DNA from: an uncultured Flavobacteriales bacterium
GTDB taxonomy: Bacteria; Bacteroidota; Bacteroidia; Flavobacteriales; UBA7312
Direction: 5' to 3'
DNA: 39,071 nt
NCBI GenBank assembly: GCA_964009845.1
Contig: CAXGIQ010000003.1
Span: forward strand, 1-39,071
Shown here: in pieces, positions 1-8,593 of the stretch
Layout of the letters: each line of letters begins with the position of its first letter
How positions within the stretch are numbered: position 1 is the stretch's first letter
Program-made: the position numbers and the translations under genes
Notes under the pieces: model-generated
The model's input: the letters and a program-made list of their open reading frames with translations, nothing else
Database searches by the model: none
Told to the model about the DNA's origin: nothing

Positions 1-1790
1 GTATTGTAGGTAGAGTGTCATTACATGATGTATATGATCCTAGAAATAGCGAAGTATTAGTTAACTCTGGCGATATGATTACTGAAGATATGGCAGCAGC
101 GATTTCAGATGCTCCAATCGAAACAGTAGAAATTCGTTCAGTTTTAACATGTGAAGCGAAACGTGGTGTATGTGCTAAATGTTACGGTAGAAACCTATCT
201 ACTGGAAAGATGGCCGTTTCAGGTGATGCGGTAGGGGTTGTAGCTGCTCAATCAATTGGTGAGCCGGGTACACAGCTTACATTACGTACCTTCCACTTCG
301 GAGGTACTGCATCTAAAATCGCATCAGAATCTAGTCACATCGCTAAGTTTGATGGTAAGCTAGAAATAGATGATTTAAGAACAATTGCTACAGAGGATGA
401 AAATGGAGATAAAATCAATGTTGTGATTTCTCGTACTTCTGAAGCAAGAATCATTGATGAGAAATTAGGAATTGTACTTTCTACTAATAACATCCCTTAC
501 GGTGCTACATTGTATGCAGAAAATGGAAAGAAGATTAAGAAAGGCGTAATGATTTGTGATTGGGATCCATATAATGCAGTTATTGTTTCTGAAATTGATG
601 GTAAGATTGGATATACCGATATTACTGAAGGTATAACTTACCGTATTGAATCAGATGAGCAAACAGGTTTCCAAGAAAAAGTAATGATTGAGCGTAAGGA
701 TAAAACATTGAATCCTACGGTTAACATTTTGAATAAAAAAGGAGAAGCAGAGCGTAACTATAGTATTCCTGTAAAAGCCCACCTTACAGTTAATGAAGGT
801 GATACAATTAAAGCAGGTAAGATAGTTGCTAAGATTCCTAGAATTGCCGCTTCTTTAGGTGATATTACAGGTGGTCTTCCTAGGGTAACTGAGCTTTTTG
901 AAGCGCGTAACCCATCGAACCCTGCTGTTGTTACTGAAATTGATGGTATCATTTCATTTGGTAAAAAGATTAAGCGTGGAAACAAAGAAGTTATCGTAAC
1001 ATCTAAAACAGGTGAGGTGAAGAAATACTTGATTCCTTTATCGAAGCACATTTTAGTACAAGAGAATGACTATGTGAAGTCAGGAATGGCTTTATGTGAT
1101 GGTTCTATTACACCAGCTGATATTCTACGAATTAAAGGACCTACAGCAGTACAAGAGTATATAGTAAATGAAGTGCAAGAAGTATACCGTTTACAAGGTA
1201 TGAAGATTAATGATAAGCACTTCGAAGTAGTGGTTCGTCAGATGATGCGTAAGATGACAATTGTGGACGCAGGAGACACTCGTTTCTTAGAAAAGCAAAT
1301 TGTTACTAAGCTTGAGTTTATGGAAGAAAACGACAGAATCTACGGAATGAAAGTAGTAGAGGATGCGGGAGATTCTGAAACGCTAAGTGCTGGACAAATT
1401 GTTTCTGCACGTAAATTGTTAGAAGAAAATTCATTGTTAAAGCGTAAAGATATGCAGCCAGCGACGGCTCGTGATGCTATGCCAGCAACAGGTGATCAAA
1501 TTCTTCAAGGAATTACCAGAGCTTCTCTTCAAACTAAGAGTTGGGTTTCTGCGGCTTCGTTCCAGGAAACAACAAAAGTATTGAATGCAGCTGCTATTAA
1601 CGGTAAGCGTGATTCATTAGATGGATTGAAAGAAAATGTAATTGTAGGACATAAAATTCCTGCAGGTACAGGTCTTCGTGTATTTGATAGTTTAGTGGTA
1701 GGTTCTCAAGAAGAATACGATGCTTTAACGGAAGCAAAAAGTACGGAAGAAGCAGAAAATACTACAGAAGAAACAGCAGTAGCTGAATAA
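1..1790 (+). CDS. rpoC: DNA-directed RNA polymerase subunit beta', C-terminal part (5'-truncated by window)
   Basis: Frame is open from the window start (IVGRVSLHD...). Contains the Zn-binding CxxCYGR region, [13 protein letters not shown] (trigger loop), [25 protein letters not shown] and [11 protein letters not shown]. The track start at 15 is an internal GTG. Confidence 0.99.
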   Translation, partial: IVGRVSLHDVYDPRNSEVLVNSGDMITEDMAAAISDAPIETVEIRSVLTCEAKRGVCAKCYGRNLSTGKMAVSGDAVGVVAAQSIGEPGTQLTLRTFHFGGTASKIASESSHIAKFDGKLEIDDLRTIATEDENGDKINVVISRTSEARIIDEKLGIVLSTNNIPYGATLYAENGKKIKKGVMICDWDPYNAVIVSEIDGKIGYTDITEGITYRIESDEQTGFQEKVMIERKDKTLNPTVNILNKKGEAERNYSIPVKAHLTVNEGDTIKAGKIVAKIPRIAASLGDITGGLPRVTELFEARNPSNPAVVTEIDGIISFGKKIKRGNKEVIVTSKTGEVKKYLIPLSKHILVQENDYVKSGMALCDGSITPADILRIKGPTAVQEYIVNEVQEVYRLQGMKINDKHFEVVVRQMMRKMTIVDAGDTRFLEKQIVTKLEFMEENDRIYGMKVVEDAGDSETLSAGQIVSARKLLEENSLLKRKDMQPATARDAMPATGDQILQGITRASLQTKSWVSAASFQETTKVLNAAAINGKRDSLDGLKENVIVGHKIPAGTGLRVFDSLVVGSQEEYDALTEAKSTEEAENTTEETAVAE

Positions 1791-1791
1791 T

Positions 1792-2100
1792 ATGTCAGAA
1801 GAAAAAAAGCAAGGGTTAAATATTGAGCTAACCGAAGAGGTGGCAGAGGGAACTTATAGTAACCTAGCCATTATCAATCACTCTCCTTCGGAGTTTGTGG
1901 TTGATTTCATTCAGGTTATGCCAGGTGTCCCAAAAGCTAAAGTGAAATCGAGAATTGTATTGACTCCTCAACACGCTAAGCGATTGATGAAAGCATTGGC
2001 AGACAATGTGAGTAAGTTTGAAGCGCAACATGGAACCATTAAAGACGTTGATCCTAATTTAGTGCCTCTAAGCTTCGGAGGTCCTACTGCTGAAGCATAA
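1792..2100 (+). CDS. DUF3467 domain-containing protein
   Basis: GTYSNLAIINHSPSEFVVDF and SRIVLTPQHAKRL motifs. Sits directly after rpoC, as is typical in Bacteroidota. Confidence 0.9.
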   Translation: MSEEKKQGLNIELTEEVAEGTYSNLAIINHSPSEFVVDFIQVMPGVPKAKVKSRIVLTPQHAKRLMKALADNVSKFEAQHGTIKDVDPNLVPLSFGGPTAEA

Positions 2101-2101
2101 C

Positions 2102-2137
2102 AATAAAAAAACTCGCTTTTCAGCGGGTTTTTTTATT
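2102..2137. terminator. Bidirectional intrinsic terminator between convergent rpoC-DUF3467 and desaturase
   Basis: AATAAAAAAACTCGCT-TTTC-AGCGGGTTTTTTTATT: 16-bp arms with one G.U-type mismatch and A/T tracts on both sides. Confidence 0.85.
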
Positions 2138-3212
2138 AAGCAGCTCTACCTAATTGATAGAGCATTTTTCCATGCTCCCATACTGCATCCAAATAATTTT
2201 TTTGACAATAGTAAGGTAGGTTGTGTTTTTTTGCATTTCGTTGTACAATCTTAGAAATTGCAGCATAGTGTATATGGCAAATAGTGGGAAATAAATGATG
2301 TTCAACTTGATAGTCTAAACCTCCTATATACCAGGAAAGCAACTTATTTGATTTGTAGTTTGTTGTTGTTTGTAATTGATGAATAGCCCAATTATTTTCA
2401 ATTGTTCCTTCTTCGTTTGGTTCAGGATAATCGCACTCAGGCATCACATGTGCTGTTTGGAAGATGGTAGATAAAATAATACCCGCTACAAAGTGCATGC
2501 TGAAAAAACATAAGAACCAATAACTAAAAGTAATCTCAAGGGTTATCATTGGTAACACCAACATATACCCATAATAAAAAAACTTCCAAAAAACCATTTC
2601 TGCCATCAACCATCCATATTCATCTTTTTTTATGTGACCTTCTTTTTTAAATTTTGATAATTGAATAAACTCTTTTACTGTTGCCCATGAAAATGAGAGT
2701 AAACCATAAAAGAACCAGGCATAAATATGTTGGTACTTATGAAAGTAAAAAAGCTTTGCTTTAGGAGAAAAACGTAACATTGGAAGAGGACTTACATCAG
2801 GATCCATTTCGTGAACATTTGTAAATGTATGATGTAATTTGTTGTGTTGTATTTTCCAATTTTTAGCACTTCCTCCAACTACGTTAAGTGTTAGACCCAT
2901 TAATTTATTGATTAATTTATTTTTTGAATATGAACCATGATTACCATCATGCATCACACTCATCCCTATACCAGCAAGTCCTACACCCATGATGAGCCAC
3001 ATAGACCAAAACAGCCAAGATGTTCCGGCAATTCCAGATACAATAATTGCATGTGGACCAAAAAATAATCCTAACATCACTATTGTTTTAACAGCCATGT
3101 TTATATTTCCATACCTGGAAAGATTATTTTTTTTGAAATACTCTTCCACCTCTTTTCTTAAGTCAGTGACAAAATCCTTGGAATGATTTTTATCAAATTT
3201 TATTGCTTTCAT
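2136..3212 (-). CDS. Membrane acyl-CoA/fatty acid desaturase (linoleoyl-CoA / delta-6-like family)
   Basis: Three His boxes HDGNH, HNKLHH and QVEHHLF, with hydrophobic segments. Start moved from the track TTG at 3227 to ATG 3212 (MKAIKF). Confidence 0.9.
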   Translation of the reverse strand: MKAIKFDKNHSKDFVTDLRKEVEEYFKKNNLSRYGNINMAVKTIVMLGLFFGPHAIIVSGIAGTSWLFWSMWLIMGVGLAGIGMSVMHDGNHGSYSKNKLINKLMGLTLNVVGGSAKNWKIQHNKLHHTFTNVHEMDPDVSPLPMLRFSPKAKLFYFHKYQHIYAWFFYGLLSFSWATVKEFIQLSKFKKEGHIKKDEYGWLMAEMVFWKFFYYGYMLVLPMITLEITFSYWFLCFFSMHFVAGIILSTIFQTAHVMPECDYPEPNEEGTIENNWAIHQLQTTTNYKSNKLLSWYIGGLDYQVEHHLFPTICHIHYAAISKIVQRNAKKHNLPYYCQKNYLDAVWEHGKMLYQLGRAA

Positions 3213-3246
3213 GCACTTTTTTTTCAATTGGATAAAGATAAGCTTT

Positions 3247-4029
3247 TTAAGAGATTGACTTTAGAAGGTTTTGTAAGTAGTTAGGAACATATTGAAGTCT
3301 GCTACCATACCAAGAAAACATTTCTCCATCCACAAGTTTTATTATTGCAGTTGGACAAATCTCTTGAAATTGCTCTATATGTTTATTTTTAAAAGGATAG
3401 GGCTCAGAAGAAAGTAAGATGATATCAGGTTTTGCTTTTTGCAACTGTTTCTTAGATATCTCGGGATAATCATCTTTAGATGATGCAAATACATTTTCAA
3501 AACCACATCTATTCATCATGTCATGAATAAATCTACTTTGATTAATGCTCATCATTGGTTTTTGCCAGATAAAGTATGAAGTCTTCTTTGTGTGTATAGG
3601 TCTTAATAAGTCAAATCCTTCTTGGATATTATGGATAATGTTTTTGGCTTTTGCATTGGTGTTAGTCATTTTTCCAATTAAGAAAATCATTTCTAAAGCA
3701 TCTTCAAGGTTTTGAATATCGCTTATCCAAACAGGATATTCTTTTATCAATTGTTTTATTTCTGATTCTGTATTTTCCTCTTTATTGGCTATAATTAGGT
3801 CTGGTTTCAGTTTTTCAATTTGTTCAAAATTTAAATTTTTAGTGCCACCTACTCTTGTTTTTTTTAGAAACCAATCATTTGGGCGAATACAGAATTTTGT
3901 AATTCCTACCACTTCTTTTTTTAATCCTAAATCGAACAATAATTCAGTTTGTGAGGGAACTAAAGAAACGATCCTTTTTGGAGCTGAATCCAAACGGATT
4001 TTTCTATTCATCTGATCTTTAAATAGCAT
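3247..4029 (-). CDS. BtuF-like helical-backbone metal/cobalamin-binding ABC substrate protein
   Basis: PKRIVSLVPSQTELLFDLGL, VGGTK, PDLIIANKEEN, LSSEPYPF, DGEMFSWYGSR. Likely start is ATG 4029 (MLFKDQ), 3 nt after the upstream stop. No signal peptide is evident. Confidence 0.85.
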   Translation of the reverse strand: MLFKDQMNRKIRLDSAPKRIVSLVPSQTELLFDLGLKKEVVGITKFCIRPNDWFLKKTRVGGTKNLNFEQIEKLKPDLIIANKEENTESEIKQLIKEYPVWISDIQNLEDALEMIFLIGKMTNTNAKAKNIIHNIQEGFDLLRPIHTKKTSYFIWQKPMMSINQSRFIHDMMNRCGFENVFASSKDDYPEISKKQLQKAKPDIILLSSEPYPFKNKHIEQFQEICPTAIIKLVDGEMFSWYGSRLQYVPNYLQNLLKSIS

Positions 4030-4031
4030 TT

Positions 4032-5009
4032 TTAGTCGATAAAGCCTTGTTCGCGCATCCAATCGTCATTGAAGATTTTACCAACATATCTAGTTCCGTG
4101 ATCATGAAGTAGTACAACCACAATACTATCTTTATTTAGTTTGTGTTTTAATTGATTAATTGCTGCAATAGCACTTCCACATGAATAACCTGCGAGAATA
4201 CCTTCTTCTTTCGCAAGTCTACGTGCATACAATGCACCTTCTTTATCTGTTACTTTTTCAAAAAAATCTATCAATTCAAAATCAACATTTTTAGCTATAA
4301 TATCTTCACCAATTCCCTCTGTTAAATATGAATAAATTTCTTTTTCATCGAAAATTCCTGTTTCATGATATTTTTTATATACTGATCCATAACTATCTAC
4401 TCCCCATATTTTGATATTAGGATTTCTTTCTTTTAAGTATTGACCAATACCAGATATTGTCCCACCAGTTCCAACACCTACAATAAAATGTGTGATTTTA
4501 CCATTTGTTTGTTCCCATATTTCAGGACCAGTCGTTTCATAATGAGCTTTTCTATTTGAGAGATTGTCATATTGATTTGGATAAAAAGAGTTTGGGATTT
4601 CTTGATTTAGTCTTTTTGCAACTGAATAATACGAATCGGGGTGTTCTGGTGGAACGTTAGTAGGACAAGTATATATTTCTGCACCCATAGCTTTAAGGAC
4701 ATCTATTTTTTCTTTTGACTGTTTATCTGAAATTGTACAAATTAGTTTATAACCTTTTTGAATACACGCCAGTGCAAGTCCCATTCCAGTATTTCCAGAA
4801 GTTCCTTCAATAACTGTACCTCCTTTTTTTAGTAAACCATTTTTTTCTGCATCTTCAATCATTTTTAGAGCCATTCTATCTTTTGTAGAGTGTCCTGGAT
4901 TAAAACTTTCAATTTTAGCTAAAACTGTTGCTTCAGTATCTACTACTCGGTTCAATTTTACCAATGGTGTGTTTCCAATTGTTTCAATAATATGATTATA
5001 GTATTTCAT
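4032..5009 (-). CDS. PLP-dependent cysteine synthase / cystathionine beta-synthase family protein
   Basis: IGNTPLV, NPGHSTKDR (PLP lysine), TSGNTG, GVGTGGTISG, EGIG. No C-terminal CBS pair. Confidence 0.92.
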   Translation of the reverse strand: MKYYNHIIETIGNTPLVKLNRVVDTEATVLAKIESFNPGHSTKDRMALKMIEDAEKNGLLKKGGTVIEGTSGNTGMGLALACIQKGYKLICTISDKQSKEKIDVLKAMGAEIYTCPTNVPPEHPDSYYSVAKRLNQEIPNSFYPNQYDNLSNRKAHYETTGPEIWEQTNGKITHFIVGVGTGGTISGIGQYLKERNPNIKIWGVDSYGSVYKKYHETGIFDEKEIYSYLTEGIGEDIIAKNVDFELIDFFEKVTDKEGALYARRLAKEEGILAGYSCGSAIAAINQLKHKLNKDSIVVVLLHDHGTRYVGKIFNDDWMREQGFID

Positions 5010-5014
5010 GTTTG

Positions 5015-5022
5015 CAAATTTA
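5015..5022 (-). promoter_or_regulatory. Bacteroidota sigma-A -7 box TAAATTTG
   Basis: Exact TAnnTTTG on the minus strand, 5 nt before ATG 5009. Confidence 0.6.
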
Positions 5023-5037
5023 TATAAACTCTTCTTT

Positions 5038-6255
5038 TTATTCGAAACGAATGGCTTTTATCGGTGTTATTTTGGAGATGAGATAAGACGGGATAATCAA
5101 CGCTGACCAACAAACAATAAAGGCTCCTGAATTCAATAAAAATAAATGCACTAGCTTTAGGTGTATTGGTACAACAGACATGTAATAGGTCGCAGCATCT
5201 AAACGAATAGGTTCAAAGTAAAACTGAATAAGTGCTAATCCAATACCTGCAATATTTCCCCAGAAAAGACCCTTTCCAATAAGGTGAACAGCATTGTATA
5301 AAAAGACTTTTCGGATGCTCCAGTTGTTAGCACCTAAAGCTTTTAGTGTGCCAATTAGTTGTGTGCGTTCTAAGATTAAAATCAATAAAGCTGTTATCAT
5401 GTTGATCGCAGCAACAATAATCATTAAGATTATGATGACTTGTATATTGAGGTCTTGTAAGTTGAGCCAATCAAAGATTTGAGGATGTAAATCTTGAATG
5501 TTTTGAGCATTCAAATTAAAACCTAGTTGGTGATATACTTTTTGAGTGACAGCCTCTATATCATCAAAGTTTGCAATACTAACTTCTAATCCACCACTTT
5601 CGTTGTTTTTCCATCCGTTTAGTTTTTGGATGTGACGAATGTCCCCAAGGACTATGATTTCATCTAGTTCAGCTAATCCTGTTTCGTATATACCCCCAAT
5701 CACAAATGTTCTAGCTCGTGGTGGATTTTGCACAAAGTACATCACCATTTTTTCATCTACTTGCAATTGTAACTGTTTTGCAAGCTTATTGGAGATGACA
5801 ACTTTTCTAGAAGTGAGTGTGTCATTGTATACTTCGATATTCCCTGCTTTTAAGTTGTTTTCAAAAAAAGAAGGATTGAAATCACTCCCCACTCCTTTTA
5901 GAATAACACCTTGAATTTCTTCTTTTGTTTTGATAATCCCTGCTTTTGTAGCAAAATTCTGTATATGTGTGATGTCATCAATTCCTTCTAATGAAATTTT
6001 CAAGGAGTCTATCTTGCTGATTTTTTGTGACTCATAGGAATTTCCATCTGCAAAATGTGTTATTTGAATATGCGAACCGAAACCAATAACTTTATCGCGA
6101 ATCTCTTTTTGAAAACCCGTTACTACGGCTGTAGCTAAAATCATAACAGCTACGCTCACCGCAATTGCCAAGGTGGCAATACGAATGATGGGTTGCGAAA
6201 AACGACTGCTTGTTTGCTTGTTAAGTCGTTGAGCTAAAAAGAGTTCTATATTCAT
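5038..6255 (-). CDS. LolC/LolE-family (FtsX-like) lipoprotein-releasing ABC permease
   Basis: N-terminal TM, GFQKEIRDKVIGFGSHIQI, a periplasmic domain, ILERTQLIGTLKALGA, and C-terminal PIKAIRFE. Confidence 0.9.
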   Translation of the reverse strand: MNIELFLAQRLNKQTSSRFSQPIIRIATLAIAVSVAVMILATAVVTGFQKEIRDKVIGFGSHIQITHFADGNSYESQKISKIDSLKISLEGIDDITHIQNFATKAGIIKTKEEIQGVILKGVGSDFNPSFFENNLKAGNIEVYNDTLTSRKVVISNKLAKQLQLQVDEKMVMYFVQNPPRARTFVIGGIYETGLAELDEIIVLGDIRHIQKLNGWKNNESGGLEVSIANFDDIEAVTQKVYHQLGFNLNAQNIQDLHPQIFDWLNLQDLNIQVIIILMIIVAAINMITALLILILERTQLIGTLKALGANNWSIRKVFLYNAVHLIGKGLFWGNIAGIGLALIQFYFEPIRLDAATYYMSVVPIHLKLVHLFLLNSGAFIVCWSALIIPSYLISKITPIKAIRFE

Positions 6256-6262
6256 AATAAGG

Positions 6263-7399
6263 ATGGATAAAATTACGCAAATAATCGTTTTACTTTTCTG
6301 TTGTTTACAATTCGCTTGTGTAGAAGCACAGTTTAGATTGGGCGCAGAACAAACTCAATTATATCTACCTATGTTAGAAGCTCAGAAAGTGGCTGTGGTA
6401 GGTAATCAAACCTCTATGATAGGAAATACCCATTTAGTAGACAGTTTACTTGCTTTAGGTGTGGAAGTGGTGAAGGTATTTTCTCCAGAGCATGGATTTA
6501 GAGGAACTGCTGATGCAGGAACAAAAGTGTTGGATGGGATTGATGAACGAACAGGACTTCCTATTGTTTCTTTGTATGGCAAAAACAAAAAACCATTTCC
6601 AGAACAACTTGAAGATGTAGATATTATCTTATTCGATATACAAGATGTAGGCGTGCGTTTTTACACCTATATATCTACTTTGCATTATGTGATGGAAGCT
6701 GCTGCAGAAAATGAAGTTTCGTTAGTAGTGTTGGATAGACCAAATCCGAATGGACATTATGTTGATGGCCCTATTTTAGATACAGCTTTCAGCTCTTTTG
6801 TGGGGATGCACCCGATACCTATTGTGCACGGAATGACTATTGGTGAGTATGCGCAAATGATCAATGGTGAAGAATGGATTTCATCACCTTGTGACTTATT
6901 AGTGGTGTCTATGATTTTTTATCAAAGAAAATCACCTTATTCTTTACCTATTAAACCCTCTCCAAATTTACCGAATGATGTAGCGGTAAACCTTTATCCA
7001 TCTTTATGTTTGTTTGAAGGGACAACGGTGAGTGTTGGAAGAGGTACTGAAAATCCATTTCAGCATTTTGGAGCACCTTATTTAAAGAGTGACTATAATT
7101 TTACACCTGTAAGTGGGCCAGGGAGTAAATACCCAAAGCATGAAAATACTGTTTGCTATGGTGTTGATTTAAGGCAAGAAATATCACTTACTGAGTTAAA
7201 TTTGGATTGGTTGATAGACGCCTATAATCAAGCTCCTGAAAAAGAGCATTTCTTCAATAACTTTTTCGATAAACTTACTGGAACAGATGAGTTGAAAGAA
7301 CAAATTATTGCAGGAAAATCTGCTCAAGAGATTAAGAAAGGATGGGAAAAAGATTTGGTGAATTTTTCTGAAATGCGAAGGGCTTACCTCCTATACTAA
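6263..7399 (+). CDS. namZ: DUF1343 / NamZ-family exo-beta-N-acetylmuramidase
   Basis: FSPEHGFRG, FDIQDVGVRFYTYIST, LDRPNP, HGMTIGE, PSPNLP, SVGRGT. Signal peptide ...VEA-Q. Confidence 0.88.
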   Translation: MDKITQIIVLLFCCLQFACVEAQFRLGAEQTQLYLPMLEAQKVAVVGNQTSMIGNTHLVDSLLALGVEVVKVFSPEHGFRGTADAGTKVLDGIDERTGLPIVSLYGKNKKPFPEQLEDVDIILFDIQDVGVRFYTYISTLHYVMEAAAENEVSLVVLDRPNPNGHYVDGPILDTAFSSFVGMHPIPIVHGMTIGEYAQMINGEEWISSPCDLLVVSMIFYQRKSPYSLPIKPSPNLPNDVAVNLYPSLCLFEGTTVSVGRGTENPFQHFGAPYLKSDYNFTPVSGPGSKYPKHENTVCYGVDLRQEISLTELNLDWLIDAYNQAPEKEHFFNNFFDKLTGTDELKEQIIAGKSAQEIKKGWEKDLVNFSEMRRAYLLY

Positions 7400-7504
7400 C
7401 GATTTAAGTCCAGCATTAGTTAGAAAAGCCCTTAAGTCGGCCATTTTAATAATTTTTTGCCCACTGATATTGACACCTCTTAAAAGTGTAATGTATGTAC
7501 TCAT
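7391..7504 (-). pseudogene. Truncated DUF1697-family gene (N-terminal 37 codons only)
   Basis: Manual translation gives MSTYITLLRGVNISGQKIIKMADLRAFLTNAGLKSLV*, matching the DUF1697 N-terminal motif YIALLRGINVxGxxKIKMAxL. The ATG overlaps the upstream TGA (ATGA). It ends before the conserved TYIQSGNV. Confidence 0.8.
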
Positions 7505-8088
7505 TTGTTTTTACCAAAAAGATTGTATTGTAATCCCAACGAAAATGTGGTGTAAGCCTTCATCTCCGCGTTTGTGTAATGACTCTTAGAATCAAATCTC
7601 GCTTTTAGCATAGAAAGATTTAAAGACCATTTTGGGTGAAAACTTCTGTCATAAAAAACGCCATAGGCATATGCTTCATCATATCGGTCTATCTGATTTC
7701 CTGTTACTTCTTTTTTATCAAAAATATAGATGCCGGTAACACCTAAGTTAAGTCCGAATGTGTTTTTTTGAAACCGATAAGCAGGTGAGATTTTAATACC
7801 AATGTTTTGATGAAACTCAAATCGTGTTTCATATTCTTCTAACTCATTTAAAATAGTATTGTTATTTTGGTAGAAGACATCAATTCCTATTTGTATGTTT
7901 TTGTAAACTGTAAGTTCGTTACCAATATATACACCAAATTCTGAAGGGCTGCTTTTAATTCCTTGCTGATCATTAACTAATACAATAGCTTGAGTGTTTA
8001 GTAGATTAGCGCCAATGTAATAGTTGATTTGCCCGAAAGTGTTGTGGCAAAGTATAAAACTAATGAATGTTGTAAGAAAATGCTTCAT
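7501..8088 (-). CDS. Hypothetical exported protein, probable small outer-membrane beta-barrel
   Basis: Signal peptide ...NTFG-Q, alternating beta-strand pattern, and a C-terminal FSLGLQYNL strand. Confidence 0.7.
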   Translation of the reverse strand: MKHFLTTFISFILCHNTFGQINYYIGANLLNTQAIVLVNDQQGIKSSPSEFGVYIGNELTVYKNIQIGIDVFYQNNNTILNELEEYETRFEFHQNIGIKISPAYRFQKNTFGLNLGVTGIYIFDKKEVTGNQIDRYDEAYAYGVFYDRSFHPKWSLNLSMLKARFDSKSHYTNAEMKAYTTFSLGLQYNLFGKNK

Positions 8089-8092
8089 TAAT

Positions 8093-8100
8093 CAAATTTA
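8093..8100 (-). promoter_or_regulatory. Bacteroidota -7 box TAAATTTG
   Basis: Exact TAnnTTTG, 4 nt before ATG 8088. Confidence 0.55.
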
Positions 8101-8105
8101 CTAAT

Positions 8106-8590
8106 CTATTTTAATTGTTTTTTGAGTTGTTCTGTTATTTGAAAAACAGCTGGGCAAACACTTACATTTTTTTCGGTGAGCTTAAGTAGTTGGTGTTGCT
8201 TCATACGATCTGTATGTGGATATTCTCTGCATGCTTTTGGTCGCACTTCGTAAATAGAACAGTAGTTGTCAGTGCTTAAAAAAGTGCAAGGGACAGATTG
8301 TAAAACATAATCATTGTCTACATCAATTCGCAAATATTTCTCAGTAAATTCCGAGGGTTTCATTCGCAGATGTTTGGCTATTCTGCTAATGTCTTTATCG
8401 GTAAAAAGAAGGCCTGTTGTGCTACAGCAGTTAGCGCACTTCAAACAATCTATACAAGAAAATTCTCTTCATGTATTGCATGAATATACTTGTCCAGCAC
8501 CTTTGGCCTCACTTTTTTGATTTGCTTGAAGAATTTAGCATTCTCCTTTTTAACTCTTTGGCTATCCAGTTGGTATTATTTTAAATCCAC
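8106..8590 (-). pseudogene. YkgJ-family cysteine-cluster (Fe-S/Zn) protein, disrupted
   Basis: From GTG 8590: MDLK*YQLDSQRVKKENAKFFKQIKKVRPKVLDKYIHAIHEE, with an in-frame TAA at 8576-8578. A 1-nt frameshift near 8463 then leads to FSCIDCLKCANCC...PCTFL..DNYCSIYEVRPKACREYP. The track ORF 8106-8444 starts inside the CxxCxxCC motif. Confidence 0.82.
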
Positions 8591-8593
8591 TGT

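Noticed and set aside
8576-8578. Stop-codon recoding or programmed frameshift to explain the internal TAA codons in ykgJ and radC
   Set aside because: TAA is the ordinary stop for most genes here, and both loci carry additional lesions. Decay is the simpler explanation.
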